DNA of 56,599 bases, filler included, from Jimgerdemannia flammicorona (lineage: Eukaryota), in assembly GCA_003990765.1 (NCBI GenBank). It is 2 parts of 2 records of this genome, joined end to end, with 100 filler letters (N's around TTAATTAATTAA, not from the genome) between each part and the next. Parts side by side here need not be neighbours in the genome. Positions count along the whole stretch, not along the records: positions 1 to 28,252 come from RBNJ01000576.1; positions 28,353 to 56,599 come from RBNJ01000577.1. The stretch is one strand, 5' to 3'. Made by a program: the position numbers and the translations under genes. Position 1 is the first letter of the stretch; each line of letters opens with the position of its first letter. Positions 23,077 through 35,360 of the stretch are shown one piece after another. The notes below the pieces were generated by a model that was not told the origin of the DNA, made no database searches, and was given only the letters and a program-made list of their open reading frames with translations.

Positions 23077-26000
23077 ACTTAGTAGTAGTAGATTATCAAG
23101 CTAAGAAGACATCAAGTATATACTCCTGAGAAGTTAAAACAAGACCAATCTTAAATAGAAGTAATCCCTAGAACTAACTGTGGATTCTCTGAGAATAAAT
23201 CTCTAAACCAGAGTCAGACAAGTTATTGCTATTAAGACCAGATGGTATTAGGATATATATTACTAACCTAGGAATCTGCTAGCTAGTAATTGATCAGATA
23301 TATAGAGATCTATATCAGATCTTTAGAACTTTCCACTCAAGTCTTAGGAATGCAGTCAGCCACTATAGGTTCTGTATACTTCTCCATAACTATATTGGAA
23401 CTATTAGAAATCAAGAATCTACTACTGTAGTTGTCCAGAAATTTCTATATTATATCTCACCCCCTACAGTAAGAGAAGTAGCTGCTGAGTAGATTGCATC
23501 TAACAGATACTATTATATATCTACCAGAACCTCTCTCTACTACAGACTAGTTATTGTCTATGTCTCTGTCATAATAAGATATGAGAATAAGCAAGCAGAC
23601 TACTCATCTCTTACTGTTGATCAAGAAGTAAGCTCATCTACTCAGTCAGAACTTAATATTTTTTTTAAAGAATCTAGTCAGTATAAGGATATGCTATCTC
23701 ATCAGAGAAGAGAGCCAGATGAAGACTCTATAGAATACCAGTCTGATAATAGCCAATAGAGAATAGCAGGCTGAGAAATTTACCAAGGATCCACAGATCA
23801 AGAAGACCAGACTTCAGAACCAATCCAGCCACCTATACAGAGGTTTGGTCTATCATCTCTTATAGGACTTTTTTATCTAATCTTTGGGAATCAAGTAACC
23901 CTAAGTTATATAGTACTATAATCTTATCAGGCAGAACAATCTTTAGGAGAATCTACTCCCATAGGCCCATTACCAATAGTTAACACAATGATAGATATCA
24001 ATATTATAGTACTCTGTCTAGCTAGCCACACTAGTAGAGATAGTAGGACAAATTACTGAATAGTACAAATTAATCAAGACCTTATGAATTTCTATATTCA
24101 GTGAAAAAAACAGTGATATTGAAACCTTCATCAATGCAGTTGATACAGGATATCAAGTAAACTAATAGAATAATAACTAAGTATCTATAGAGATGCTCAC
24201 CATCAACTGAGATAATACCCTTCAACAGATATTTACTATATCAGTAGCATAAGTGGAAACAGTAGTAATATCCTTCACTAAAATAGTAGCCAAGTTCTAG
24301 TATATCCTAGAAGAATACTCAGTAATCTAAAAAGACTGTCCTCAAGTTACAGGTCAAGTATCTGACTATACCAGACCAGATTGAGATGACTATGCAGTAA
24401 GTAGGCCTAGAACTCAAGACTCTACAATTGACTAAATTCCAAAATACAGCTTATATATAAGAAATTTAAAATAAACTAGCCCAGATAAAGTTTCATAAGA
24501 ATGACAAGAAGGACCTAGAAACTTTTGCCACTAGGATAGATGCCTATCTTAAAACCATTGGACTTACCTACCAAGAAAACAATTTGGTCATCAATTTTAC
24601 TAGAGTCAACCATCTCTTTGCAACCCTACCAGACTAGCTCACCTAGAAGATAAAGAAACAAGACCTCTCCTAAGGATATTCCTACTACTTATAGTGCTTT
24701 GCCCAAGTACAAAAAAGAGCCTATGAAATCCTTACTACACAGATCCAACAAAATACAGAATACAAAAAGGTTAACCAAGATAGGAGAAATTCCACTAGAA
24801 GAAATGATCAAAGGAATAATTAGAGGAATGACCAAAGGAACTAGCAAAACCCCAGAGAACCAAGACTCCCTTCTGAGAATGAAAAGAAGCAGCTTTGTAA
24901 AAAATAATTATACTTTATTTATAAGAAAACAGGATATATCTCAGTCAGATGCCCTGAGAAGAGAAATAGATTAGGTAAATCTAGTAATCAGAATATCACT
25001 GTTATTGGAGAAGGTCTAGGAAAGAAGAACTTGGAGAATATTATCAAAGTACAGAAGATATAGTATAAGACTACCATCTCTACTAAGACCCATCTCACTG
25101 ATGCAGGATATGACTTCTATAGTACATAGCCAAGATCTCACCACTCCACCAAATACCAATGCTATAGTGTGAACTGGGATTGTAATATAAGCACCCAAAG
25201 GAATATATATCCATCTTGCTGAGTGAAGTATCCTGGTCAAAGAATTTAATATTAGGCTAAATTGACTAAAGATTTACTAATGAAATCTATATAATCTCAC
25301 AAAATTTTGAAAACACCTCATTTGAAATCAAAGCAGGCCAAAGAATTGCCCAAATAATCATTGAAGAAATTCATCAAGATCTCACTATCAAAGAAGTCTC
25401 TGAGCTCTTTCAGATAGACTATAGTAAGAAAGAGTTTGGATCAATCAATAAACCCCTCAGTCAAAAGATTATCATAATAAAGAAAGATGATGAAAACTGG
25501 TACAAGTAAATTACAGATAGTTATATACTATGTATATGGATAATACCCTCATTCTATCTAAATGTATTATATGAAATATATTGATAAATACTATGCATAT
25601 TTCTCCAAAGTTTTCAAAATCAATTCTGAAAGATACTAAGCCTAACAGACTGAGGAATCCAAACAAGACCACTCCTCTTGTAAAGAATGGGGAGAGACTG
25701 ACTTTGAAGAGACTGACAGCCATTGGAACAACAATGAGGATAAAGAGCTCAATACTATCAAGAAGGAGGACAGTTGCATCAAATTCATAGGCCAAGTTTA
25801 AGTATAGAATATCAATGTCTTACTGGACAGTAGTACTACTGAAAACTATATTAGCACCAAGACTGCCAAGAGGATTGGAGCCTAAAGCAGATCAGTTACT
25901 TAAAAAAGAAGTATTATCTTTAGTAATAGCAAGACTGCACCTTTGATCAAGATCTGTAAAGATCTATTGCTCAGAATTGATAAATATCAAAAGAAGTTAG

Positions 26001-26679
26001 ACTTTAGCATCATAGACCTTCTAGGACAGGACATTATTCTAGGAAAGGCCTGGTTGACCCAGCACAATTCAGATATCAACTAAAGGACTAATGAGGTTAA
26101 TCTGACCCATAAAGGCAAAAAGATCACTCTGATACCCCAAGAAGATACCAATTATCAAGGAATCAAAATCATCTCTGTCATTTAAATAAAGAGACTCTCT
26201 TGCAAGAAAGAAAATATCTACTTTATTTGTACTATACAAGAAGTTACCAAAGCCCCAGATATATAGCCCAATCTCATCAGAAGCCTAAGAACTGTTTGAA
26301 AAATTCTAAGATATATTCCAGAAATCCAAAGAACTTCTACCTAAGTACCAAATATAATATGGAATTAACCTCATTCTAGGTTCTGAACTCTCATACAAGA
26401 GTATCTACTAGCTAGTCCAATCTGAACTCAAGATATTCAAGGATGAGTTGATCAAACTATTGGCCCAAAAATATATTAAACCAGCTGCTCTCTATTTGGA
26501 GCCCCCATTCTGTTTGTCAAGAAGAAGAATGGCTCTCTGTGAATATACATTGACTATAGAGCCCCCAACAAGATCACTATTAAGAACTGGTATATCTTAC
26601 TTAGGATTGATGAGTTATTGTATCAGATCTTCAAGACCAAAACTAGATTTGTAAAATAGTTACCATCAGATTCTTATTG
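22321..26679 (+). mobile_element. Ty3/Gypsy element A2 (same LTR family as A1): 5' LTR, gag, dUTPase, protease, start of RT; heavily mutated, cut by LINE C
   Basis: LTR 22321-23076 aligns to 4263-5046; decayed PBS (TAGTAGTAGTAG) follows; gag homologous to element C; dUTPase motifs (AGYD ~25104, FGS ~25435); LLDS protease; FVKKKNGSL*..IDYR RT start. Confidence 0.85.
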
Positions 26680-28252
26680 ATTTTTTTTTTTTTTTATTTT
26701 TTTTTTTTTTTTTTTTTTTTGTTTTTTTTTTTTTTTTTTATTTTTTTTTTTTTATAGTCACTTGGACTTCCTTCCTTTATTATGCCCATCTATCCCATAT
26801 AAATACAGTGATCCCACTCCCTATCCGATCCCCCTAGGGGGGCCCCTCCCCCCTATACCTTCCTGACAAAAGACCACTTTGTCTAACACAATCTCCACCC
26901 TCCCACCACTCTGCTCACAGATCCTTACTACCAAACTGCACTGTTGCCCCCCTGAGGACCCCAAACCACTCACCATCCCATCAGCAGATCTCCCAACAGC
27001 TCCTCCCACCTTGATACCTTCTCTTACAGCCCCAAACACCATTCCTCCTCAAATACAAAAAGCCAATGCTCTGCCAGTCTCACCCACACTACTAACACCC
27101 ACCCTACAGTAAGCCAGCTATCACCCACCCCATCTACAAGCTGAGATCTCAAGTCCTCCCAGCAGTCCCCCTTCCTCGCTGGCCTATGCCCTACACCCAG
27201 TCTATTCCCTATTTCTACCCAAAATTTCCCCAAAACCTCACACTCTCTCAACCAATATTCTGGTATCTATACATAACCCCAACATCATAGCACTCCTCAC
27301 AATCGAAATGGCCACTGTCCACCAGATGCCTAGTGCAGAAATTCAACATGACATTCCTCTACAGCATTCTCCACCATATTATCCAGAACTTGGGAGGAAG
27401 CCACCTCCACACCTCTGCACTCCAAGTCCAGATACCTGCCCAGTCCCACTTCTCGCTGATCCCTGCTGCCTGCCAGCCACTTGGCCAAAGATTCTGGCCA
27501 AGACCCTGCTGACACTCCACTCCATCCCCAATATCAAACATAACAAGTGGAGTACTCCCCAGGAGCAGACTCTTCCATCACCACATACTAGGTCCCCACA
27601 TCACCTCCCTCTCATCGCCTCACCAGCACAGGTCAATCTGGTATGCTCCATCTACCACTCCCCACTAAAAGCCCTTAAACCACAGCTGCTGAGTTCCATT
27701 TAACCCTACCAGAGAGAGCAGATCATCTGAGGACCCTTGGGGGGAGGTTCTCATCTCCCACACCTTCTGTAGTAGAGGCACCCAACCTCCTCCCTGCAGT
27801 TCAGCAGCTCACTTCAACCACCAGGCTCACAAGCAGTGCAACCTCTTAGAGAAATCCACAAGGCCAAGACCTCCCCTAACCATCGGTATTGTAAGAGTAT
27901 CCCAACTGATCTGGGACCTCCTCCCTGCCCAAATTCAATCTCTAGCCACTTTCATCAGCCTCTTTACCACCCAAGCTGGGAAGTCTAGGTGATAGGCCAT
28001 ATACCATAGCTTGGAGAACTAGTATACATTCAGAATGGTTACCTGCCCTGCCAGAGAAATATGGCGGCCTCCCTAACCTCAAAGGGCCTCCCCCCAAATG
28101 GTTACCCTGCTCTCCCACCACACTTGTGGCAAGACAGAACTATATACAGAAAGGAACATACTCAGATACCACACCACCTCACCAGTAAAGACAATTGTTC
28201 CAATGATGTCTCCATCCACTAGCCCATTCCTAAGCACCATTGTCTCACTTTT
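26680..28252 (-). mobile_element. L1/Tx1-type LINE C, 3' part
   Basis: Poly-T 26680-26753 then TATAGTCACTTGGACT; the minus strand encodes the ORF2 C-terminus (GGLGLVDF, WLPPKFW) and runs into the gap. Confidence 0.9.
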
Positions 28253-28352
28253 NNNNNNNNNNNNNNNNNNNNNNNNNNNNNNNNNNNNNNNNNNNNTTAA
28301 TTAATTAANNNNNNNNNNNNNNNNNNNNNNNNNNNNNNNNNNNNNNNNNNNN
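28253..28352. other. artificial contig linker
   Basis: 44 N + TTAATTAATTAA (stops in six frames) + 44 N; flanking pieces are 28252 and 28247 bp. Confidence 0.95.
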
Positions 28353-28991
28353 TGGCCTTCTTTCTTCAGACCTGTCTTGTCCTTGAAGGAGTCCCTGTAG
28401 AGCTTTGACCAGGATATCTTCTTTATCTTCCTTCTTGTCATGGTCACTCCAGGTAGTTCCTTGCCTGACATCAAAGAATCCTTGGGCTGCATCCACTTGC
28501 TCTTCAGACCTTCTGATGCCTAGGGTGTGGACATGCTGGGCGATATTCAGAGGAATCCCATTCATGAAGGTCATTGGACCTATGATGTCTTGGTTGGTGG
28601 CACTGAACCCGGCAGAGTGCATCCTCTTCTGGATTCTTGTGAAGAAGGCTCTGGGTGATTCTTCAAGATTCATCTTCATTCCCATGATGGATTCCTGGGC
28701 CTTGTGGTGGGTTTCATTTCCTGCATACTTTTCTATGAGCCAGTAGACCATGGCCTGATATTCTAGCTCATAGGAGACTGCTGCTTGTATCTGTCTTGCT
28801 AGCTCGGAGTCTGGGTCGTTTGCTGTTCGATAGAAAATCCCTCTGGCTGGTTCTCTGAGCTGAGCTTTGTAGATGGCGATTTTCCTTTCATCTGAGAGAT
28901 TCCTCAGGGCTGCAATTCCCTCAATTCCATCAAGGAATTCTCTGGGGTCTTCCTCTGGGTATCCTGCAAAGATTGGCAATGAGGTGGCCAT
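28353..28991 (-). CDS. retrotransposon gag (capsid-like), truncated by gap
   Basis: LPIFAGYPEEDPREFL...LREPARGIF...MKMNLEESPRAFFTRI...FMNGIP; open frame. Confidence 0.85.
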
Positions 28992-29543
28992 TTCTTCATC
29001 ACTTTCTTCTAATTCTGATTCAAATTCGGATTCTGATTCTGATTCACTTTCTGAACTGTCACTAGAGACCAGGGTGCTTGGGTATCTTGAAGATGGTGTT
29101 CTGGTCCTTGGATGAGGTGGAGTAGGCCTAGGTATCCTTGTAGGAGCTACTTCCGGTTCTGCAAGAGGTTGTGGTAGGGGTTCTATTGGTGAAATTGGTG
29201 GGACTAGTGTGGGGTACCTGGCTGTGAGGTGTTGGGTCCAGGTAATAAAGTCTTCTAGATCTTGTGCAAGTTCTCCAAAATCTCCAGCAGGGCTGCCTGT
29301 GTTGTCTGGTTGATCTGGTTGATCTGGTTGAGGATTTTGGGCTGTACTGCCTCCTGCTTCTGGTTGAGATCCTTCTGATGCTGGGTAGTTGGCAAGTCTT
29401 GAGGTGATTACTTCTCTTCCTGTCCAGATGCTAGTGATGACTGGTTCTCTTGTAGTGGCAGAGATTGGTGTTGTATCAAATGTATCCAGTTTGACTGTGG
29501 GTTCTTGTGAGCTGAAAAGTCACATCGATTTTAAAAATCCCGT

Positions 29544-29561
29544 TTCCCAGTTGAGCCCCCA
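29544..29561 (-). promoter_or_regulatory. primer binding site, tRNA-Pro-like
   Basis: TGGGGGCTC matches the start of the classic Pro PBS and lies 2 nt from the LTR end. Confidence 0.75.
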
Positions 29562-29563
29562 AA

Positions 29564-30888
29564 TGTAACGTGCCAGCTCAATGGAGGCAAATTACAAGGT
29601 TGGGGGTTGATGTAGTTTGGCTTGAGCCCCCAGTTACTTTGTCAAAAGCAACAAAATGTTCTTGGTATTTAGCGGTATAATAGTCAAGATCTGGATACTG
29701 TGCGAGCAATTTCCTTTTTGGGACAGTTCTCTGGGTGTAGCGGCAATTTGTGTGTGAATGGACTTCCTTCTTGGGTCAACTGGGAATGGTACAATTTGTG
29801 TAGCGTGACGATCTCCAAAAGTATGTGATCTCTGGGTGTGACGGTCTGGTAATTTAGCGGTTCTCCTTCTTGGGTAGCGGGCGATTTCTTTGTGTAGTGC
29901 GACGGGTTCCTTATGCGGATGTTCTGATAATTCGGCGGGTAATCCGATTTGGCTTACTGGGAATATATGGCGTGGGTTCTTGTTACTGGAAATAGTACAG
30001 GCGGCGGATTCTTCTCGGGCTCACTGGGAATAATGAATAACTCGGATGGTTCTTCTGGGAATGTAGATAACTTGAAAACAGCGGACGACGCAGATTCTTC
30101 CTGAATCAGCGGACTTCTTGAAAATGGCAGCTTAACTGGGAATACGGCGGATAATTCAAAAGGCGGTGGATAACTCGGATAACTCGGGTGGCGCAGATTT
30201 GGCTTCAACTGGGAATACTACTCGGGTGGCGTGAGTTCTTCCGGATCGGCAGGCTTCTAACTGGGAAACGACGGCGAAGTTCTTCCTTGAACTTGGGTGG
30301 CAAACTTCAGGCTTATCTGGCAAGCGAACCAATAGTTCCAAAGGCGGCGAAGTTCTTCCTTGAACTTGGCGGCAAATCTTCAAGCTTTGTATCGGAAAGT
30401 GGACCGGAGTGGAAGAGAAGAGAACCAAGCTCACAACTTCTTGTCAGTGGCTCGTTGGCAGGTGTATCTCCTAAGTGTTGCAATCCTTCCTGGATCAAGT
30501 GGCTTTTGGCAGGCGTTTCTCCTAAGTGTACCAGACAATTGACTTTTGCTTTGGTTTGTATTCAACTTTCGGACTGAGGTTTTATTCACTCTCGCCACTG
30601 GGGTAATTTATACAAGTTGGTTGCTATCTGGTTACTATGTGGCTAACTATAGGTCTGCTACTTATGGCAGGTGTACAGAGTCTGTACGGTGTACAGGACC
30701 TGTACAGTGTATAGAGTCTATATGGTATACAGAGTCTGTACAGGTAAACAGGACCCTTTCTGATATATCTGGCTATTTATACAATTTCCGCAGCAAGGGT
30801 TGCTAGTTACTAGGCTGAGTGTTCACGTCATCTTGTTCGCATCATCTGGTTAAGATATGATTCAGATGGTACGTCTTGGCTTGTCACA
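29564..30888 (-). repeat. 5' LTR of element B (~1325 bp, CpG-rich, internally repetitive)
   Basis: TATAAATAG ~30773-30781, AATAAA ~30580-30585, 18-bp tandem units 30670-30755, repeated ACTGGGAA motif. Confidence 0.8.
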
Positions 30889-33800
30889 GTAGCCTGGGTC
30901 TTGATGTTGACTAATAACTTGTAGTCAGTCAATACAGTGAAGTGTGCTCCTTCTAGGTATAGTTGCCACTTGATCAGAGTGTCTATAATGACTAACATTT
31001 CCTTCTCATGAGTTATATAGTTGATTTTGACATCATTGAACTTGCGGGAATGATAGGCCACAGAGTGTCCTTCTTGCATGAGCACTGCTCTAAGGGCTAG
31101 GTCAGAGGCATTAGTAGTAACCTCATATAGTAGGGCAGGGTTTTCTGCTTGAAGTACTAGAATGGTTATCAAGGCATCCTTTAGTGCTTGAAAGGCTGTA
31201 TCTTGTTTGAGTCCCCAATTTGCAAGATTGTTGAAGTCTTTTTCTTGTTTCATGGTCCAGGGCTATTCTTCTTTCTTACTGTGCTTGGTCATTTGAGTAA
31301 GGGCAGTAGCAATCTTGGCAAAGTTGGCAACAAATCACCTATAATAGTTTGCCAATCCTAGGAATGACTATAGGTCCTTCAGCTTCTTGGGTCTGGGCCA
31401 ATCCTTGATTGTGGAGATTTTGCTGGGATCTACTTTGATTTCATTTGGCATGACAATGTATCTAAGGAATTGGATTTCTTTCAGGAGAAATTCACATTTG
31501 GTAAGTTTTGCAAAGAGTCAGTTTTCCCAGAGTTTCAGTAGTACTAGTTCAAGGTGTTCAAGATGTTCCTCTAGGGTTTTGCTAAAGACTAGGATGTCAT
31601 CGATGTAGACAACAACAAATTTGTCTAGATATGGGTGCAGGATGGTATTCATCAGTGTCTGGAAGGTTGCAGGAGCATTAGTTAAGCCAAAGAGCATAAC
31701 CAGAAACTCGAAGTGTCCATAGCAAGTTTGGAAGACTGTCTTGTAGATATCTTCTTCTTTCATGACAATTTGCCAGTAACCATTTCACAGGTCAAAAGAG
31801 CTCATGAATTGTGAGTTGGTGAGCCTATCAAATATTTCATCAATTCTTGGTAGTGGGCAACAGTTCTTGATGGTCTGTTCATTGAGGTCATGGTAATCAA
31901 TATATATTTGTAGGTCTATTTCTTTTTTGACAATAAAGAGGACTGGTGTACCATAGGGTGATACACTGGGTCTGATGAATCCTTGTTCCAGAAGTTCATC
32001 TATTTCTTTCTTGAGTACATAGATTTCTCTTGGAGACATGTAGTAGATTGACTTGAAGACTGGTTTGGCATCTGGAATAGTCTTGATGGCATGGTCTACT
32101 ACTCATTTAGGAGATAGGCCTCTCAGAAGTTTTTTTGAAAATATGTCTTGAAACTTCTGGAGTAGGGGTCTAATGTGGCTGTCAACTTTGGAAAAGTCTT
32201 CTTCAGAGTTCTTGGGTTCTCCTTTGGATGGGTGGATGAAGATGGCAAAGAGAGGGCATTTCTTGGCCAATTTCTTGAGTTGTAACTTGTTGATGTGGGT
32301 GATCTTTGATCCAGGGTCACTAGAGCTGAGTGGGTCCTTTTTGCCTTATAGTTTGAAGTTGTGACATCCTTTCTTGATGGTCAGAGAATGGTTTACCCAA
32401 TTTATCATAGGGTTCTCTTGTTTCAACCATGGGGTTCCAAGAATGATTTCATTATCAGGAAGTAGTATAATCTGGAGAGTAACATATACTTGGTAGTCAC
32501 CAATTTGGAAGGGTAGATTGTAGACTTCCTTGCTAATGATATGAGAGGTTCCATTGGCTATAGCAACTGCTTGAGTTTGTTATACTGGAGAGGTAAGGAC
32601 CTTGAGTCTGTTGGCTGTTTCTTCATTGATAAAGTTGTCTGAGGCATCACTGTCTATCATAATCTTGACAGGTACTCAGTTGACAAAAGCTTGCAGTATA
32701 AGCAGTTTGTCTGATCTAATGGTGGTAATTTCAGTTATAGGAGTTTTCCTTCTATTGGTTCTTCTTTGAGCCAATTCATTGATACAAGAGAAGCAATCAT
32801 CAATCATTCAGGAAGAGTACAATCCAATGCTATGGGGACATTGGCCACTTGGTATATATCTGTCTTCAATTTTCTTGTAGAATTGTTCTTCTTTGCTCAT
32901 AATAGGTTGGACTGGAGCCTTGTTTGATGAGCCAAATCCTTTGGATCCTTGGATGGTGGGCAGTAGTTCAGAGACTTCCTTAACTGTCAGAGTTGACTTG
33001 ATTTTTTCAAATAGGATCTGGGCAATGCAGAAACCAATAGGGATCTTGAAGGGTATCTAACTATAGTTTTGGATGAGGACAATAATTTCACCTGTGTAAT
33101 CTTCATCAATGACTCCTCCTTCTACTGAGAGTCCTTTCAATGCTAGGCTGCTGCGACAGCATATTCTTCCAATATGTCCTTCAGGGATTTGGATGCTGAT
33201 TCCTATATAGACTTGCTTAACTTCTCAGTTGGAAACTGTAGCTTCTTTGGCTGCATATAGGTCATATCCAGCTGCCTTTTGACTTCCTTTGGTTAGAGCC
33301 TTGGCAGTTTACCTTAATTTGACAAAGTCCAGTATTCTGATAGTTAGGTTATTGAGGTGGTGCAGAGTAGTAACAGTTGCTCATGTTGCTGTTTGGGGTT
33401 TTCAGTTAGGGCAGGCACTGGCCATATGTTCTGTCTTTCAGCAATAAAAGCATACTCCACTTTTTTTGAAGTTCATTCCTTTCTCCTTCAGTGAGTTTCT
33501 TAAAGGTACTTGGCTGGGTGGGTTTATGATTTCTGGGTATTCAAGAGGTGGATATGGAGGGAGCTTGAGGTGCTTCATGCTTGGATTCTTCTTTCTTGGT
33601 CCAAGTCTTTTCCTTGTTGTTGAATTGTCTTCAGGGTAAAATTGGTCCAGCTGTTAGGATTTACTTGACCATAGTCTTGATTCTTGCCAGACACCATTGT
33701 TGGTAATTACAACCAACTGGGTGGCTTTGTTTTCAGATTTTTCTGGTAAGCCATTCAGGCAGTACATCAAATAAATGATCTGCTCTTGTACCATTTCGTG

Positions 33801-34398
33801 CTTCATCATTGGCAATGTATTCTAGGCCAATGGTGTTCAGAAGTAACTTGAGTTTTGTACAGAAGGTTTCGAATTCTTCTTTGCCATATACATTGAATTT
33901 GAGGTTATAGAGTTTAACTTGAGATTCAGCAATCATAGTTTCACTGTGGTATTGAGCAATCATGAGTTATTTCAGTCCAGGGGCTGCAGGGTAGGCTCTA
34001 TATCCTGGGGTATTGTTTGCTGCATTCTGAGTAACTACTGTAGGTTGAGTGTCCCATGTGAGGGGTTTTTTCAGAAGGGTTCTCCACCATTCTTCAGCAG
34101 GTCCTCAGAAGAATGTAACAACTCAGTGGACATAGGCTGTAGTAGTAGCAAAGAGTTGTTCCAGAGTGTGGTCTTGATTGTTTGTCAGAAGGCAGTCAGC
34201 AACTTGCTCATTAGTCCATTGATTGGCTTCAAAGTTAGTATCAACTATACTAATGAAGCTTTGGACTTCTTGTGCAGTACTATTGAAGGTAGGTAGGCTC
34301 AGATTTTTGGTAGGTCGGATCTGTTCAGCTAAGGCAGTAATGGTTGCTGCCATTATTGCTATCTGGGCTGTGAGGTCTAGAATCTGTTGATTCACCAT
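30889..34398 (-). pseudogene. gag-pol of element C
   Basis: ORF-track fragments 34123-34398, 33733-33963, 31785-32039, 31518-31763 and 30828-31253, plus manual translation between them. Confidence 0.9.
32925..33340 (-). pseudogene. dUTPase domain between zinc knuckle and protease
   Basis: AAGYDLYAA, GRIC.RSSLA, GGVIDEDYTGEI, IAQI, GSKGFGSS correspond to dUTPase motifs 1-5. Confidence 0.9.
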
Positions 34399-35360
34399 AT
34401 TGTTTGCTGGAGGCAGTTAGACTGCTGGTAGTGGTGTTACTAGTACTACTTGAGGTACTGGTGCAGAGTGTGATGGGGTTCTTTGAGTCTGTGTGAGTTG
34501 CTGGAGTAATAGTTGTAGGTCTGGAGTAAGGGCTTGATAGATAGCTATCTGTTGCTGTGTAGGTGTATTCTGTCCTGATGGAGGTGTGTCTCCTTTGGTG
34601 GTATATCCAGGATCAAATTCACTGAGATACTCCTCCTTCTCTTCGGTTTGGTCTTCATGTAATTGGGTTTGCTTGGTGTCAAAGTAGATAGAATCAGTTG
34701 TATATCTGATTTTGAATAGACTTAATTCAAAGTCAAGTTCTGGTTTGGTATTGGTTTCAGGTTCAGGTAGAGCTGTAGCAGGGCCTGCTTCAGGTTCAGG
34801 GTCAGATTGTTGACAAAGAGTTTCTCTTACCTCTTCTTTAAGAATATGGCAGGCCTTACTGTTCTGGAATTGGTAGTATAATGCAGTCTTAGTTCTGGTA
34901 CAGTGAAAGTTGGTAGAGTTGAGCCACTTAGCTATAAAGGCTTGGGCTTCATGAGGAACTAAGGCTAGAAAGACTGCTGCTGGTTGTCCTAGGTCACTTG
35001 GATTTGTAGAGCTGACAAAACTCTTGTTGAGAAGAGTAAAGAAGACTTCTATAAGACCTTCTTCATCTTGACTTACTGGGTGTAGTGCAAGGAGTTCAGT
35101 GAATAGAGTTTTGCCTATCTACTGATTTAATCGGAGTACTTCTTTCTTTGAATGAAGTTTGTCCCACTTGTTGCAGGTGTGGAGGTCAAATTGTCCTTGT
35201 ACATCAGATTCAATTCTCTCCAGATTGTCAGATGGTTCAGGGTAAATTCCAGTTCAGAGGTTGGGCTTTATACCAACTTGTAGAAATTCTCAGAGGGGTT
35301 TGTAGTGGGGTGAGGAAGCATCTTGAAGTGGAATTGGATTATAAACTGCTACTACCAAAT

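Larger units (their letters stand above)
28353..30888 (-). mobile_element. Ty3/Gypsy-type element B, 5' part (LTR, tRNA-Pro-type PBS, gag), inserted in the RNase H region of element C
   Basis: LTR 29564-30888 with TG...CA ends; PBS TGGGGGCTCAACTGGGAA; element C pol breaks at IKTQAT exactly at 30888/30889. Confidence 0.85.

Noticed and set aside
28253..28352. Continuity between left and right halves (e.g. A2 or LINE C with element B)
   Set aside because: The linker is synthetic and the contig lengths are near-equal, suggesting size-sorted concatenation; adjacency carries no biological information
29954..30806. ORFs inside LTR B as another accessory gene
   Set aside because: Short, overlapping and derived from internal repeats; no similarity to the accessory family
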